Positions 38,806 to 50,900 of a stretch of DNA of 64,000 bases are shown in pieces. The DNA comes from Chrysemys picta bellii. Taxonomy: Eukaryota. The position numbers were made by a program, and so were the translations under genes. Under the pieces are notes generated by a model. It made no database searches. It was not told where the DNA came from and saw only the letters and a program-made list of their open reading frames with translations. Positions within the stretch are counted from its first letter, which is position 1, and every line of letters begins with the position of its first letter. Location of the stretch: contig NC_088815.1 in the NCBI RefSeq assembly GCF_011386835.1, forward strand, positions 14,632,001 to 14,696,000. Direction: 5' to 3'.

Positions 38806-40899
38806 TCCAATTGATCCCTAGTGTGAATCCACTGAAGTCCGTGGCGTTAGTCACACCGAGGGGCCTGTACGCATAGACATTATCTGACGTCGATACATTT
38901 TCAAACTAAATATTTGCAAATCACTTTCCCGCTTTACTTCCCAACCAAGGTGAGGTGCATGTGTTTGGCCAAAACCAGCCCTGTATCAGCCATGCAGGGA
39001 TGCAGTGAACCCAGGCAGGGTTCCTGGCAGGCCAAGGAAAGAGGCAGTGTTCAGAAATGGTTTTGCAGGTGTAAATGTCCTGGCAAGTATTAAGTCAACA
39101 TGTGTCTCTGGGTTAATGATTTGGGGTCTTGAGTCGTATTCCTGTGCAGGTCACCTTCAAACACACCCAGGCACCAATCAAGAGAACCCAGCTCGCCAAT
39201 TCCTAAAAGAAGGAGGGGCGGGGGGACGACTTGTAAGCACTGCAAATAAGGACAGAATTTGGGGCCAGAACTCCAGCTGGGGTAAACAGATGCAGGATCT
39301 GGCCAGCTGGCCTTCTTTTCTGACTTTGCACTTCCTACTATAGAATCTGCTAAGTGTCTGGGATGCTAATGAATTGCAGCGTTAGCTGTGGGTGTGAGAG
39401 GCGGTGTGTGGGGGGAATATTAACCCTAAGATCTCTCCTGTGTCAGTGTGGTTTTGAAGCTGGGGTGCCTGGAGAGCTGGTTGGGCAGGAGGTGGTGGCT
39501 CCCCTATTGTCCAGCGGCTTCTACAGGTGCCCAGGCTCGTCACTGCGAATGAGCCAGCCACAGCCGCTAGAAACACAGAAGAGGAGCTAAACTGAGCCAC
39601 TGCTAGCAGTCAGTGGGCCTGGGACTACCAGCCACCCCTGGCAATCAGGACTCCAGGGTTCTCTGCCACTGACTCACTCTGTGACCTTAGGGCATGCCAT
39701 TTAATCTCGGTGCCTCCGTTTCCCTACAAAACAGATCTAATAGCATTTAGGCTCTTGGATGCCTCGGTTCATTGATGTGCTAGAAGTGCTTTGAGCTCCT
39801 CCGGTGGAAAGCACTACAGAAGGTTAAAATAGCCAGTGCTCAACTAATGTCTTGCCCCCCTGCCGCAGTCTACACGGGATGGATTGTGTGTGCTAATGTC
39901 TCCTCTAGCCGCCTGCTGATGCTCCGGGGCTGTATCTCTCCGGCAAGTCTTGCTGGCTAAAGACGGGATTACATATGTCGCGCTAGATCCTCAGCTGGTT
40001 CCAGTTGGCCTCCCTCCACTGAAGTCAACGGAGCGACACTAATGCGCACCAGCTGAGCATCTGGCCCTGGGTATTTATGCAAGTGTTGGGGGGGTTCAGT
40101 ACGGGGTTACGGTCACCGGATGTAAAGGCAGCTGTAAATTTGCTCTGGTAGTCAATAAAATCACTAAGCACAAATACACACACCTGGTATTAAATGGGTG
40201 ACAACCCACAGCCAGACACTGCGAAGATGAACGTTAGCAGAGTCAGGTAGCTAATAATGATGCTAAGCAATGTAGCTCATCCAGGAGCGTATCTGTATGC
40301 ACTCCTAGGAGGCAGAGCAGGGCTGGGATCCCCATTAGAAAATGGGGAAACCGAGGCAAAGATCCAGTTACTTGTCCAGGGGGTCGGTGTCAGAGCAGGG
40401 AGTTGGGACCCAGGTCTCCTGAGGGCCACGGTTAAAAAGACAGGGAATGGGGACTGCATGGGTGGATTCTGGGCAAGTGGGAGACAGCAGAGTGCCAGGC
40501 CTGGCAGGGCTGTAGGTCAGTGACTGGCTTTGATGTAGGCTCAGCTGGGACTTCGCCCCATGCAGGAGTTGCATGAAGCCGCAGAGGAGGCTGGTGCAAT
40601 GGGCGGAGGGGGGAGATCTCCCATTTACCCCTTGCCAAGGGAGGTCTTTAACTTCTCTGAGTCCTCCTGCCCCGCCCCTCTGCACAGTTATCCCGGGCCA
40701 TCTGGGAGCCTGTAACCAGCCCCCCGCAGGTCAGCTCCTCCAGGGGCTCCCCATGCAAAGTTCCCCTGGGGCAGGGGGTGGCACGGGGAGGGTGACCACG
40801 CAGGCCCCTGGCCCTCGAGCCCCAGGAGTTCAATTCCTCCGGAAGCCACAGGCTCTGTGCACAGAGTCCCCCTGGCAGGGGACCGAGCCCTGGGGCCTG

Positions 40900-41700
40900 C
40901 ACCCAAGATGCTCCCCGCCCCCCCGGCCCTTTTCCCTGCCAGCACCCGGGGGACGGCGCTGAGCCCCAGCCAAGAGCATCCTCCCCTGCTCACCTGTCCG
41001 GCTCGGCGGCGCCCCGGCACACCTCGGCGCTGCAGTAGCTGTGCAGGAGGCAGAGCAGGAGGCAGCCGACGTTGAGCACCAGGCACAGGGCGGCCAGCAC
41101 GGCCGAGACCGGCAGCAGCACCCTCGCCACCCGCTCCGAGAAGGCGCCGGGGGAGCCGGCCTGGGCCCGGCCCGCCTGCAGCTGGAAGAGGAGGATGGAG
41201 GCGAGCACCGCCATGAGGGCCGCCAGCGTGCCGAAGAGCAGCAGCGCGGCCAGGGAGCGCTGGGTGTAGGCGGAGGGCATCGCGGGGAGCAGGGATGAAA
41301 GAGGCCCCCGAAAAGTTTGTGCTAAACTTTCTCCCCGCCGCGCGCCCCCTGCCTCTCGCCGAGCCCAGCCGAGGGGACCGGGGAGCGCCGGCTGCAGAGC
41401 GCGGAGCCGTCCCGGGAGGAGCGGAGCGGAGCTGGGTCTCACCCCGCCAGAGGAGCCCGGCGCTGCTAATCACACACTGGGGCTTGTCTCTCGCGCACAC
41501 ACACCTCTGCCCACGTGATGTTTCTATTAATTAGGGATTTCAAACTTTTCCTGGCGATGGAGCAAAGCTCCCTGCGCAAAGGAGGCGTTTTCTCCAGCCT
41601 GGGGCCGAGGGCTGCCTGCCCCTCCTTGTGCGCTGTTTGCCTCTGCTCCATTTCACTCCCGCTCTCCGCCCAGCACAGCCAGCTGCGTGCAAAGAAAAGC
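40900..41700 (-). promoter_or_regulatory. CpG island and promoter of TMEM221
   Basis: CpG-dense region over exon 1 and upstream. E-box CACGTG near 41513. Confidence 0.75.
40994..41280 (-). CDS. TMEM221: TMEM221 exon 1 (287 coding bp): MPSAYTQRSLAALLLFGTLAALMAVLASILLFQLQAGR...CRGAAEPD. Total CDS 894 bp, 297 aa.
   Basis: Two hydrophobic segments, the LLFQLQAGRA motif as in human TMEM221, and donor CAG|gtgagc at 40992-40993. Lies in a CpG island. Confidence 0.94.
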
Positions 41701-44700
41701 TGGTGGTTGAACGGGGGACCTAGACAGAATCTGTGTGGAAAGATCCGACTAGCTCTGCACTTCCCCTCTCTGCCTTTTAATCGTGTTTCAATCCTGCCAG
41801 GCCTGGCAGGAGACAGCTGTGTGCTGTTGGTGACAATCTGTTTTGCAGAGAAAGGTTTGTTTGTTTCCTTCAAACAAGGAATAAGGCTGGAATGTTCTTG
41901 ATGGGACCTTTAATTTGGGGACCCAGAATCTGCTCTCAGTTACCCCAGCTTTTACAGCCCGGTCCTTCTATCCAGTTTAGCCGAGTCACTTCTGTTTGAC
42001 ATCAGCAGAACAGAGCCCTTCACAGGGCCAGATCCAGAGCGGGTGTAAATCAGTGTCGCTCTGGATAGCGGTACGTTGATTTACACCAACTCCGAATCTT
42101 GCTCCAAACACCTGCGGTCTCCTGATCCAAAACTCACTGCAGTCCAGGGAGAGTGTCCCATTGATTCCAACAGGCTTTCGATCAGGTCCCGTAGATCAGG
42201 ATTTGGCCATTTAGCCAGTGCACTGGGCCGGCTCTTGGTGGCTCTGGGAGCTGCTGAGTGCCGAGCGCTTGAAAATCTGGCCTTTGAGGAGTCCTACGGC
42301 TTGTCCCTGGCTAGTGAAGGAGAATTTGGACCTGTCTCAACAGGAGTAACGCCATTAAAGTCGGAGGAGTCCCATTGGCCCAGGGCTTTAGCGTAATTTA
42401 GCCAGAAGGAGCATCAAGAACCTTTGGCCTGTAGGAAGTGGGGTCAGTGTTACCTCTGGTTGGTTTGTTTTATCTATATTGGGCCAGATCCTCAGAGGGG
42501 GTAAATCAGGGAAGATCTGTTGGCTTCACCAGAGCAAGGTGGATTTGCATCAGCACCCATGTGCCTTTCTGTGTTGAAGGGGGAGGAGAGAGATGATATT
42601 CAGATGTCCAGGCTGGACCCCTGGCCGCCTGTGCAGCGCACAGCGGCGTCTCCAGCTCCTCTCTTCCTCTCACGTTCTTCCATGTGGCTCTTTGTGCAGC
42701 CCTTAAGCTGCTCTCCGAAGTTTCATCTTGTCCACATTTTTTTCCTACTGTTCCCATGGCGACTCAGCTAACCCTGACTTCCTGTATGGTGAGAAAATGC
42801 TCTCAAGTTCATCAAGGACTTGGATCAACCCTATTAACAAAACTCGCAGGTCTAGGGCGCAGCACTTGTGTATAGCTAAGCGCCTGTGAGTAAATAGCCC
42901 CGGCGGCATGGGGTGATATCTAGTCCTGGGGAGGAGGATGGGGTAGGAAGAACGGGAAATCTGTCTTGACTGCTTTATGAGAACAACACAATAGTCTAAT
43001 CCGCCTTCCATTGGTAGTGATGCAGTCAGTCACCCTGGGCTCCTGAATGTATCAGGAGGATCTCACAGCACTTTGCAAGCTATGGGCTCCATTCTGCAGT
43101 CCACAGTCAGGCAAAACTCCTATGATCTTGAACATGTTTTGCTTGGTTAAGGGCTAAAATGCAGCCATCTCTGGGGAGGAGCATGGCAGCTGCCTAATAG
43201 CTCGCAGTGACACTTCAGTGTCATTTAGAAATGGAAAGGATTAATACAACATATACGTCAAACTCCAGAGGGAAATTAGAGGCAGAACTGGGTTATTTAA
43301 ATAGGAAGTTGGTCAGGAATGTTCCGTGCTTGGGTGGGTGGTTCTGTATGTAGTACTTGTGGCAAAGGATGTCCAGTTCCTGCAGATACTAACAGCTACG
43401 TCAGGAGGCACTGAGGGATAAGCCACTCTTTCCATGTCTGCTTCCCTGCAGGTTGTAGGTATTGTCCTGCCACGTGTGCAAATGCAGCATTAAGAAAGCC
43501 ACAGCCCATTAGGGATGGTCTAGACAGTATTTGGTCCTGCCATGCGGGCAGGGGACTGGGCACGACGACCTCTCGAGGTCCCTTCCAGTCCTAGAATCTC
43601 TCATGTACAGTAGGGGGCAACTGGAAGGAACTGAGGCTATCGAGGTAGCAGGGACATCTCTAGAGTCAGTGGCTCTATAAATACCATTTCCCATTGCTCA
43701 TTGTATTTTTAGCAGGGGCCCTTGCCTGTACTGTGTGTTTCTGCATGGCCCTCCTGCCCCATAGCAGCAGCATCACAGGTGTAGAAGCAGCACCAGGCAT
43801 GGGGAAGGGTGCAGAAGGGAGCAGGCGGAGTGGGTCAGTCGATAAAGGCTGGGGGGATTGGGTGTTTGGACTCAGGAATTCCACTGCTTTACTGATCCCT
43901 TCAAGCCGCCTGGCACTGCAAAAACCAGGCTAGACATGTGACAAGGAGAGAGGCTGTGGGGAGGTTCCCAGGGCTTTTGGCTGGGCCGGTCTCATGAGGT
44001 TCCACTGTTCGTGGGCCTGCTCAGAGCCTGGAAACACAGAGACAGGAGCGATAGCAGCAATCAAATGTCTCGTGCTTCCTGTGAGTTTCAACGGCAGCTT
44101 TGGGGTGCTGGTTATTTGATCTAAACGGATTCGCCTGCCCTGCCATTCACCAAATCCCCCAGCACTTCAGGCTGCTCTGTTAGAAACTGGAATGAAAGCA
44201 GAGAGGAATTCTGGGAATGGGTTTCCCTCCTCTCTCTTTCCCCATGGTTTGCATGATCTTGTGCTTAAATACATTGTGATGCTCTATTTGCCTTGCTCAG
44301 CAGCGCCGAGACCTTTCCACCTGCCCTCTGTCCCCACTACATATGAGGATTTCACTCCAAGGGGGGCATTTTTTGCAGGTCCCCAAAGCAACTGGGTAAA
44401 TACTCTTGTCAGTCCCCCTGTCCCTTCCTACTCCATGCAGATGAGATGCCTGCAGATTAGACTGCGCCCTAATGCAAGGGAAGGGGACTACAGACTGCTT
44501 TGTTTTGTGTCTGTTTTTCTTGTGCTTTTTCTCCCTTCCCACCTAGTCCCCTTTGTACAAGGTGTTAATTGCAAATGAACATCAAGAACACGAGGTGAGC
44601 CATGTTCGGCGCTCGGGTGCCGCATTCCTGTTACAGATTAACTGGAAGCTCTTGGTGCAGATGTAGAAACATAGGTGGGTTCAGCCATTAGCTGCCCAGT

Positions 44701-44912
44701 CAGGAGTGCACACGTGAAGAGCAGGGTCACCTCTGGCACGCCGGGGGCCAGAGCCCCAAGGGGTCTCACATGCTCCCAGCCGGGCAGGTGAAACGGCTGA
44801 AAGCACCACACAGCGGCATCTGTGCACACAGCTCTTTGGGAGGACATAAAAATCAGGGGTGCTAACTGCTCCCATCCCTCCCCTTTAATAGAAATGCCAG
44901 TAACCCTTTGCT

Positions 44913-45087
44913 GGTTCCAGAGCGGCAGCCGTGTTAGTCTGTATCCGCAAAAACAACGAGGAGTCCTTGTGGCACCTTAGAGACTAACACATTTATTTGG
45001 GCATAAGCTTTCGTGGACTACAGCCCACTTCATCAGATGCATGGATGGCAGGTAGAAATACACAGCACCTGAAAAGATGGGAGTTGC
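44913..45087 (-). mobile_element. Penelope-like retroelement 3' fragment with a hammerhead motif
   Basis: Reverse complement of the same element end as at 27.8-27.9 kb. Confidence 0.85.
45001..45040 (-). ncRNA. Minimal type I hammerhead ribozyme motif (Penelope type)
   Basis: The minus strand reads gcatCTGATGAagtgggctgtagtccacGAAAgcttatgc. Confidence 0.7.
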
Positions 45088-45454
45088 ACTTTGGATGCTG
45101 CAGCAATGGACACACAGGCATTCTCCTAAGCGTGAACTGACCTAGGTATTTATATAGCCAGAATCATCATAGTGTCCGAGCTCTGTCATTTCCCTGGCAG
45201 TCTGGATCTCCGTAAGGAACAGCAACCCTTTGCACCGGGGAAATCACTGAGGCGGTGATTGTGACTCCTGTCCCATGAGATATGGCTGTGACCAGCTGTT
45301 GTGACACAGGGTGTGACAGAGCCTGACCCCTGCTGTGTGGATGCCTGTTGTGTTAGCCCTTGGATGTGTATAATGAAGACTGACTCTCTGTACATTTGTG
45401 ACTTCTGATTTCCCCCATGCTCTCCTCCTAGTTGCTTTTTCTGCTGTGCCCACA

Positions 45455-45650
45455 GCAATTTCCACCTTGTTAAACGCTGGAATAAATTGCCCAGGGAGGT
45501 TGTGGAATCTCCATCGTTGGAGATTTTTAAGAGCAGGTGAGACAAACAGCTGTCAAGGATGGTCTAGATAATACTTAGTCCTGCCATGAGTGCAGGGGAC
45601 TGGACTAGATGGCCTGTTGAGGTCCCTTCCAGTCCTACAATTCTATGACT
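45455..45650 (+). mobile_element. CR1 LINE 3' end
   Basis: tggaataaattgcccagggaggttgtggaatctccatcgttggag...ggactagatggcctgttgaggtcccttccagtcctacaattctatga. Shorter CR1 tails lie at about 43505-43605, 60470-60570 and 63095-63170. Confidence 0.85.
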
Positions 45651-47574
45651 CTCCAAGAGTCTGGTGCATTTGATTTGGACTTCCTTGCAGTACCACATAC
45701 AGTGCTTTGCTGCCTACTCTCGCACCTGTTTGTGACCACTTTGCACTTGAGGGTGGGGGATTTTCCAGGAGGTTTAGGAGCACATTGACTCTCAGTGGGA
45801 CTCATGCTTAGGCTCTTTTGAAAATCAGACCCTTGACAGGCATCTCTTCTTGCTGCTGCATGCAGCCTGGGGTATTATTACTAGTCTATTAAAAATGTCA
45901 GGAGCGAGCAAGGGAAGAGAGCCCTCAAGATACATCACTGAGCAGCGAGGCTAAGAAACGACAGGTCTGGACGTTGGTGTTCACTCAACAAAAGGGCCGC
46001 TTGAGCCGACAGGGGTTTGCCATCTCTTATAAATATCTCTGAGAAGCAGCAGTGCTTTCCCCGTGGGATTGTCCTCCTGGCTGATGCTCCCAGGGAATCA
46101 CATTCTTCAGTGTGAAAGCATCCCTCCTCCTAGCAAGGCTGACCCTTCGGCGGAGAGGGGGATGTTTGTATTGCCCATGGTTCACCAGGAGTTTTGGCTG
46201 GTCCCAGAAACAGATCCATGGTCCTGGTTCTGCGGGGATGTGTCTCGTCTTCCTGTTGTGTGATCCCTAGAAACACATGCAGACATATTGCAGTGTCTCA
46301 GACTGCGTACAATCCATGTGCTCTGAGCCGTGATCCACTGGAATGCTGAAGAAGCAGGAAGGACGGTGCGATGCTTAGGACACTCGCCTGGGCATTTGGA
46401 CACCTGACTTCAATTCCCTGCTCTGCCACAGCCTTCCTGTGTGATCTTGGGCAAGTCTCGTTGTGTCCCAGGTCCCGTCTGTACAATGGGGATATCAAGA
46501 GCTGCTGGGAGGATAAATACCTTAAAGATACTCTGGTGATGGGGGCCAGAGAAGTACCTGGACATAGACTGGGGATGCCCGGAGTGCTGGTTACAGGGAG
46601 ACATCGGCCCTGGCCAAAGTTCTTTCATTCGTAAAAGGATCCTTTGTAAATCCCAGCCCAGGCAATCACTAGCACAAATACTTCCCGCCTGACTTCTTCA
46701 GCGTAGTCACAAACATTAGCATTGCTGCGGGATGGGCCGTTCTATAAAATAGGGAAACTGAGGCAGGGAGGTTCTGAGATGCGTCCAAGGCCACTGATGG
46801 AGTCAGTGTGGGGAGCGGGGGGTGCTGGAGCTCTGTATGCACCACTAGGCCGGGTTTGTGTCAGAATCAATCTGCAGAGGACGTGTTGTTCTAAGGCTGG
46901 GGGTTCAGTTCTAAGGCTGGGGGTTCAGTCATTGTTATTGCCCTGGCATCATGCTATGCCCATGGGTCGAAGACGGGCCAAGGAAGACACTTGCTGCTTA
47001 GAGACTTGACACGATCCATCCACCTTTTAGGCAGCCTGACTCTGGGTCTGTAGGCAGCCCAGTTTCCTAGCATCATCCATCATCTGACTTACACAGAGCC
47101 TGTCTAAGCTGCCTCCGTCCTCCGTTTGAAACCTCTCCCCTGAAGCTGCAGTGATCTGCCTAGTATGCCAGGATAGAACTCTGCTGTAGTAACATCTGGT
47201 GTGTCAGTACCCAGTTCACCTCCTTAGAGAATAGGATTGTATATGGGGCGGGGCTGTTTCTGGTGTAGTCACTTTTCACAAGAGCAAAACGCTAGTGAAT
47301 CAGGGTGGCTGCATGTTACACTGGTGCAAGTGACTACTCATGGTGTAGGGCAGAATCAGGCCTAGTGCCGTTCAGATTCTGCACACTCCCTGTGCAATGA
47401 GCAGGCGAGTGGCTGCGGCCAAAGGCAGCAACCATTGTGGGCCCAGCGACATCTCACATACAACATTGGATCATGCTTTACTGGGAGGGGGAACGTTGGC
47501 TGGGGCTCCGGGCTTGTTCCTGACTCTTTTCTAAATGTACCACAGAATCGCTCTGTCCATGCAGGTAACCCACC

Positions 47575-47990
47575 AGAGACAGGGCGGGAACTCAGTGTAA
47601 TGCCGGATAGTGATAGACTCAAGGAGCTAGATCTATTTAGTTTAATAAAGAGAAGGCCAAGGGATGACTTGATCACAGTCTATAAGTACCTGCAGGAGGA
47701 ACAAAATTTGACAATGGGCTCTTCGGTTCAGCAGACAACGGTCTAACAAGCTCCAGTGGCTGGAAGTTGAAGCTAGATAAATTCAGACTGGAAATAAGGT
47801 GCAAATGTTCAGCAGTGAGGGTAATGAATCATTGGAACAACTTACCAAGAGCTGTGGTGGATTCTCCATCACTGATACTTTTAAAATCCAGATGGGATGT
47901 TTTTCTAAACAATCTGCTCTGGTTCAAACAGGAAGTAATCCAGGGAAGGCCCAAGTTCTGCAGGTGGTCAGACAAGATGGTCACACTGTT
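47575..47990 (+). mobile_element. CR1 LINE 3' fragment
   Basis: Frames read RLKELDLFSLIKRRPRDDLITVYKYL and KLDKFRLEIR...RVMNHWNNLPRAVVDSPSL, the CR1 ORF2 C-terminus. Confidence 0.9.
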
Positions 47991-50900
47991 CATTTTGGGC
48001 GATATGACCACTGACGGCCTCTCGAGGCCCCTTTCAGCCCTGCATGTCTCTGCCGGCACAAAGCCGTGGCTTGCATTGTGCCATCAGCATTGGGGTCTGA
48101 GCCTCAATCTTCATGGGAGATTTGAACCCATGACCACCTCGTGGAGAGACAACAATGCTACTAATTGTATCGCTGTGGAATTGGTCTCATCTGGGTGGGT
48201 AGTATGGTACCAGCCTGCCTCTTTCCACCTCTGCCCAGCAAAAATAAGGTCCATAGACTCTGTTGGAAGCCAGCCTGCTGGCTTTGGCAGGAAGTCTGTT
48301 TGAGCGCCTGTTAATTTCCAGACCACCCAACATTTTTGCCCTGGGGGATTTCAGCTCCTTGGCCTGTGTTATTGTAACATGGCCCAAGGTCATGAACCCA
48401 TAAGCCTGTGCCATTTATTTCCCATCCCCTTCACTGCCATCTGCCTCCCGCACCCGACAGCGGACAGTCAGTGGCAAGATGTGAGCAGAGGCTCTGAGTC
48501 TGTCTGAAGAAGCCTGGATGATTTGGGAATATTTTTTGGAACACAGAGATTCTGGTGTCCCTGGGCCGTGCTGAGATTTACTCCATTGCTGTCCCAGTTA
48601 ACAGCCTATCGTCCAGAGCCCATGGGAGGGAGGGTTTAGCAAAGTGACCAGTGGTCAGTTGGATTCACTTCTTTCTGACTTTAGCTGCGCTGCTCCTCTT
48701 GCGTAGTTCGGACACAGGTCACAGAACCCTCTGGCAAAGAAGGGCGACGACCGAGAGGCCCCGGGTCATTTTGGCACAGAGAGCGCCCCCCATAATGGGA
48801 TGTTGTCCGAGTTCTTCTGGGTTCGGCCAAGGCTGAGAACACCGTGTGTAAAACAATCCAGGGGGACGGACTAGCTAATGCGTAGCTGGGCTACTCCATA
48901 TCCGGTCCCAATAGGCGCCTGGAGTAAACAGATGCAACTCCATTGGAGTCAGTGGCGCTGCACCTGATGGAACAGCAGGGATGAGTTTGTCGCACTGACT
49001 CTCCCCTTCTTTCTGGATCAACCCCTTTTCTACCTCTTCTGCCATCTATGGGGCATGAAAACCCACTTCCCTATTCTGAGTCCGGGCCTCTTTCGAGGTG
49101 GGTTAAGGCCAAACATTTGCTTAGCTCTCGTCTCGGGGACAACGCCCAGCAGCGAGGGGCCCCTGACAGGTGTCTTGGCTGTCTTCATCTTGTTGATTTC
49201 TCGCTGGGACCTGCTGGCTCTCACTGCAGAGCAAAGATCTAGAGACAGGAAAGACCTCAAGAGGGAGCCATAAGCTTTTGAGCGCAAGCTCCGAGCACCA
49301 AAGGCAGGAGGAGCAGAGACTGGGACTGGCAGTGAAATGACTGGCCAGGAAGCAGCCTGCCCAGGCCACTAGATCCACAAAGCCGAAAGCTTTCACCAGC
49401 CCACCCACAGCCTCAGGGGGAGGGCACAAACATTGCAGCTGGTTAACCAGCCCTGACCCTCAGGGACACACCTCTGGGCCCCCCCAGGTGTCCACATTGC
49501 TGGGCCCCCTTTGCTGACAGGCTAAGGAGAGATCAGACTGCCTGATTGAGCTCCTGAGTCTCCGGCCTGCAAGAGCAGGGGTGTCTCAGGGCAGGGCGGG
49601 GACAGCGGGGCTCTCTCCCGGCCAGAGGCCTATTCTGTGGTCCAAGCAGCTCTTAGGAGACCCCAGGATACAAGGGTGTCATTCCACACACGCTGACATA
49701 TCCTCTGCACTCCCTCCCCTTCCAGGATCAATTAAGATTATGAGCGAGGCTAATTAACACCCTGCTAATTGCACTCTGCAGCCCTCTATAAATCACAAGA
49801 TTTATAAGCAGCCAGCAGCCACCGGCCTGGGAAAGATGCTGCTCTCGTCTACCCAGAGCTGCCGGTAAGGCGAGTCTCTCCCAGCATTCAGGATGGAGAG
49901 ACCTTCCACCTCGCTCCGCTTCCCCTCTCACGCCTTGCTGCTCCCAGGACTGCTCCTTCATCCCGGGGCAGCTCACGGCCTCTCGGGAGGATCCCACAGA
50001 ATTCACCCAGTGCCTGTATTCAGGACATAGGACCAAAGCCCAGCAGGAGAGCTGACTGTCGCTAGACATCCTGGACATACCAGCATGGCAGGAGGAATTG
50101 GCCCAGCAAGCTAGTATGCTCTCCCCATCGATAGCGCCTGAGGGCGGCAGGCAGAGAAAGGCCCCCAGCCCGGCAGATCCCTGCCAGAGCTCTGAGTGGC
50201 AGCCAGACTTCCCTCCGCTCAGCACGGTGATACTTGTGCATCGGAGCTCAGCGGTTTGACTGTTGTGCCAGGCAACATTGCACCGACCGCTGCCTCGGCT
50301 CCCTCTTCCCCAGTGACTCTGCTGCCGCCCCTTCAGGGCAAGAGTGCAGCCCCCCGGGCTCCTTCAGTCTTTGGCCTCTCTGCCGTGGCTTCCTGCAGGG
50401 AAGCTGACTTGTGCCACAGGCAGGTCTGTTCTGTGGACATCCGCCTGGCTGGGAATTGGACTGAGCTCCATCCGCTGACCTCACACAGGCCACCAAAGAC
50501 CTTTCAGTTGATTGGCTTTTGGTCACTACCAGCACACCAGCTGGATTTGGACGGGTGACTTAGAGGTGTCCCGTCCCCCTAAATCCTGGGGCAGCCAGTC
50601 TCCCCAGCACTAACCATTCTAAGGAAGCAACAGACCCTTTCTGGGCCTTTGGAAGGGTTGGTTTGGGACGTCCCATAGGAATTTTGTCCTGTTGTTTATC
50701 CACCCAAGTTTATTCCCTACCTGTGGAAACTGGATGAGTCTCAAAGCCATTGCGGTAACGTGCCTGCGTCCTTTAGAGTTTTACTTTCAGGGCTGGGAAC
50801 TTCGGGTTAATGGGTGGGGGCGTTCATTATGCACAGACTCTCCCTGGAGACAGGAGCCATGTCATCCCAGTGTGACCCTGCATGGGGCTGGGGAGAGAGT

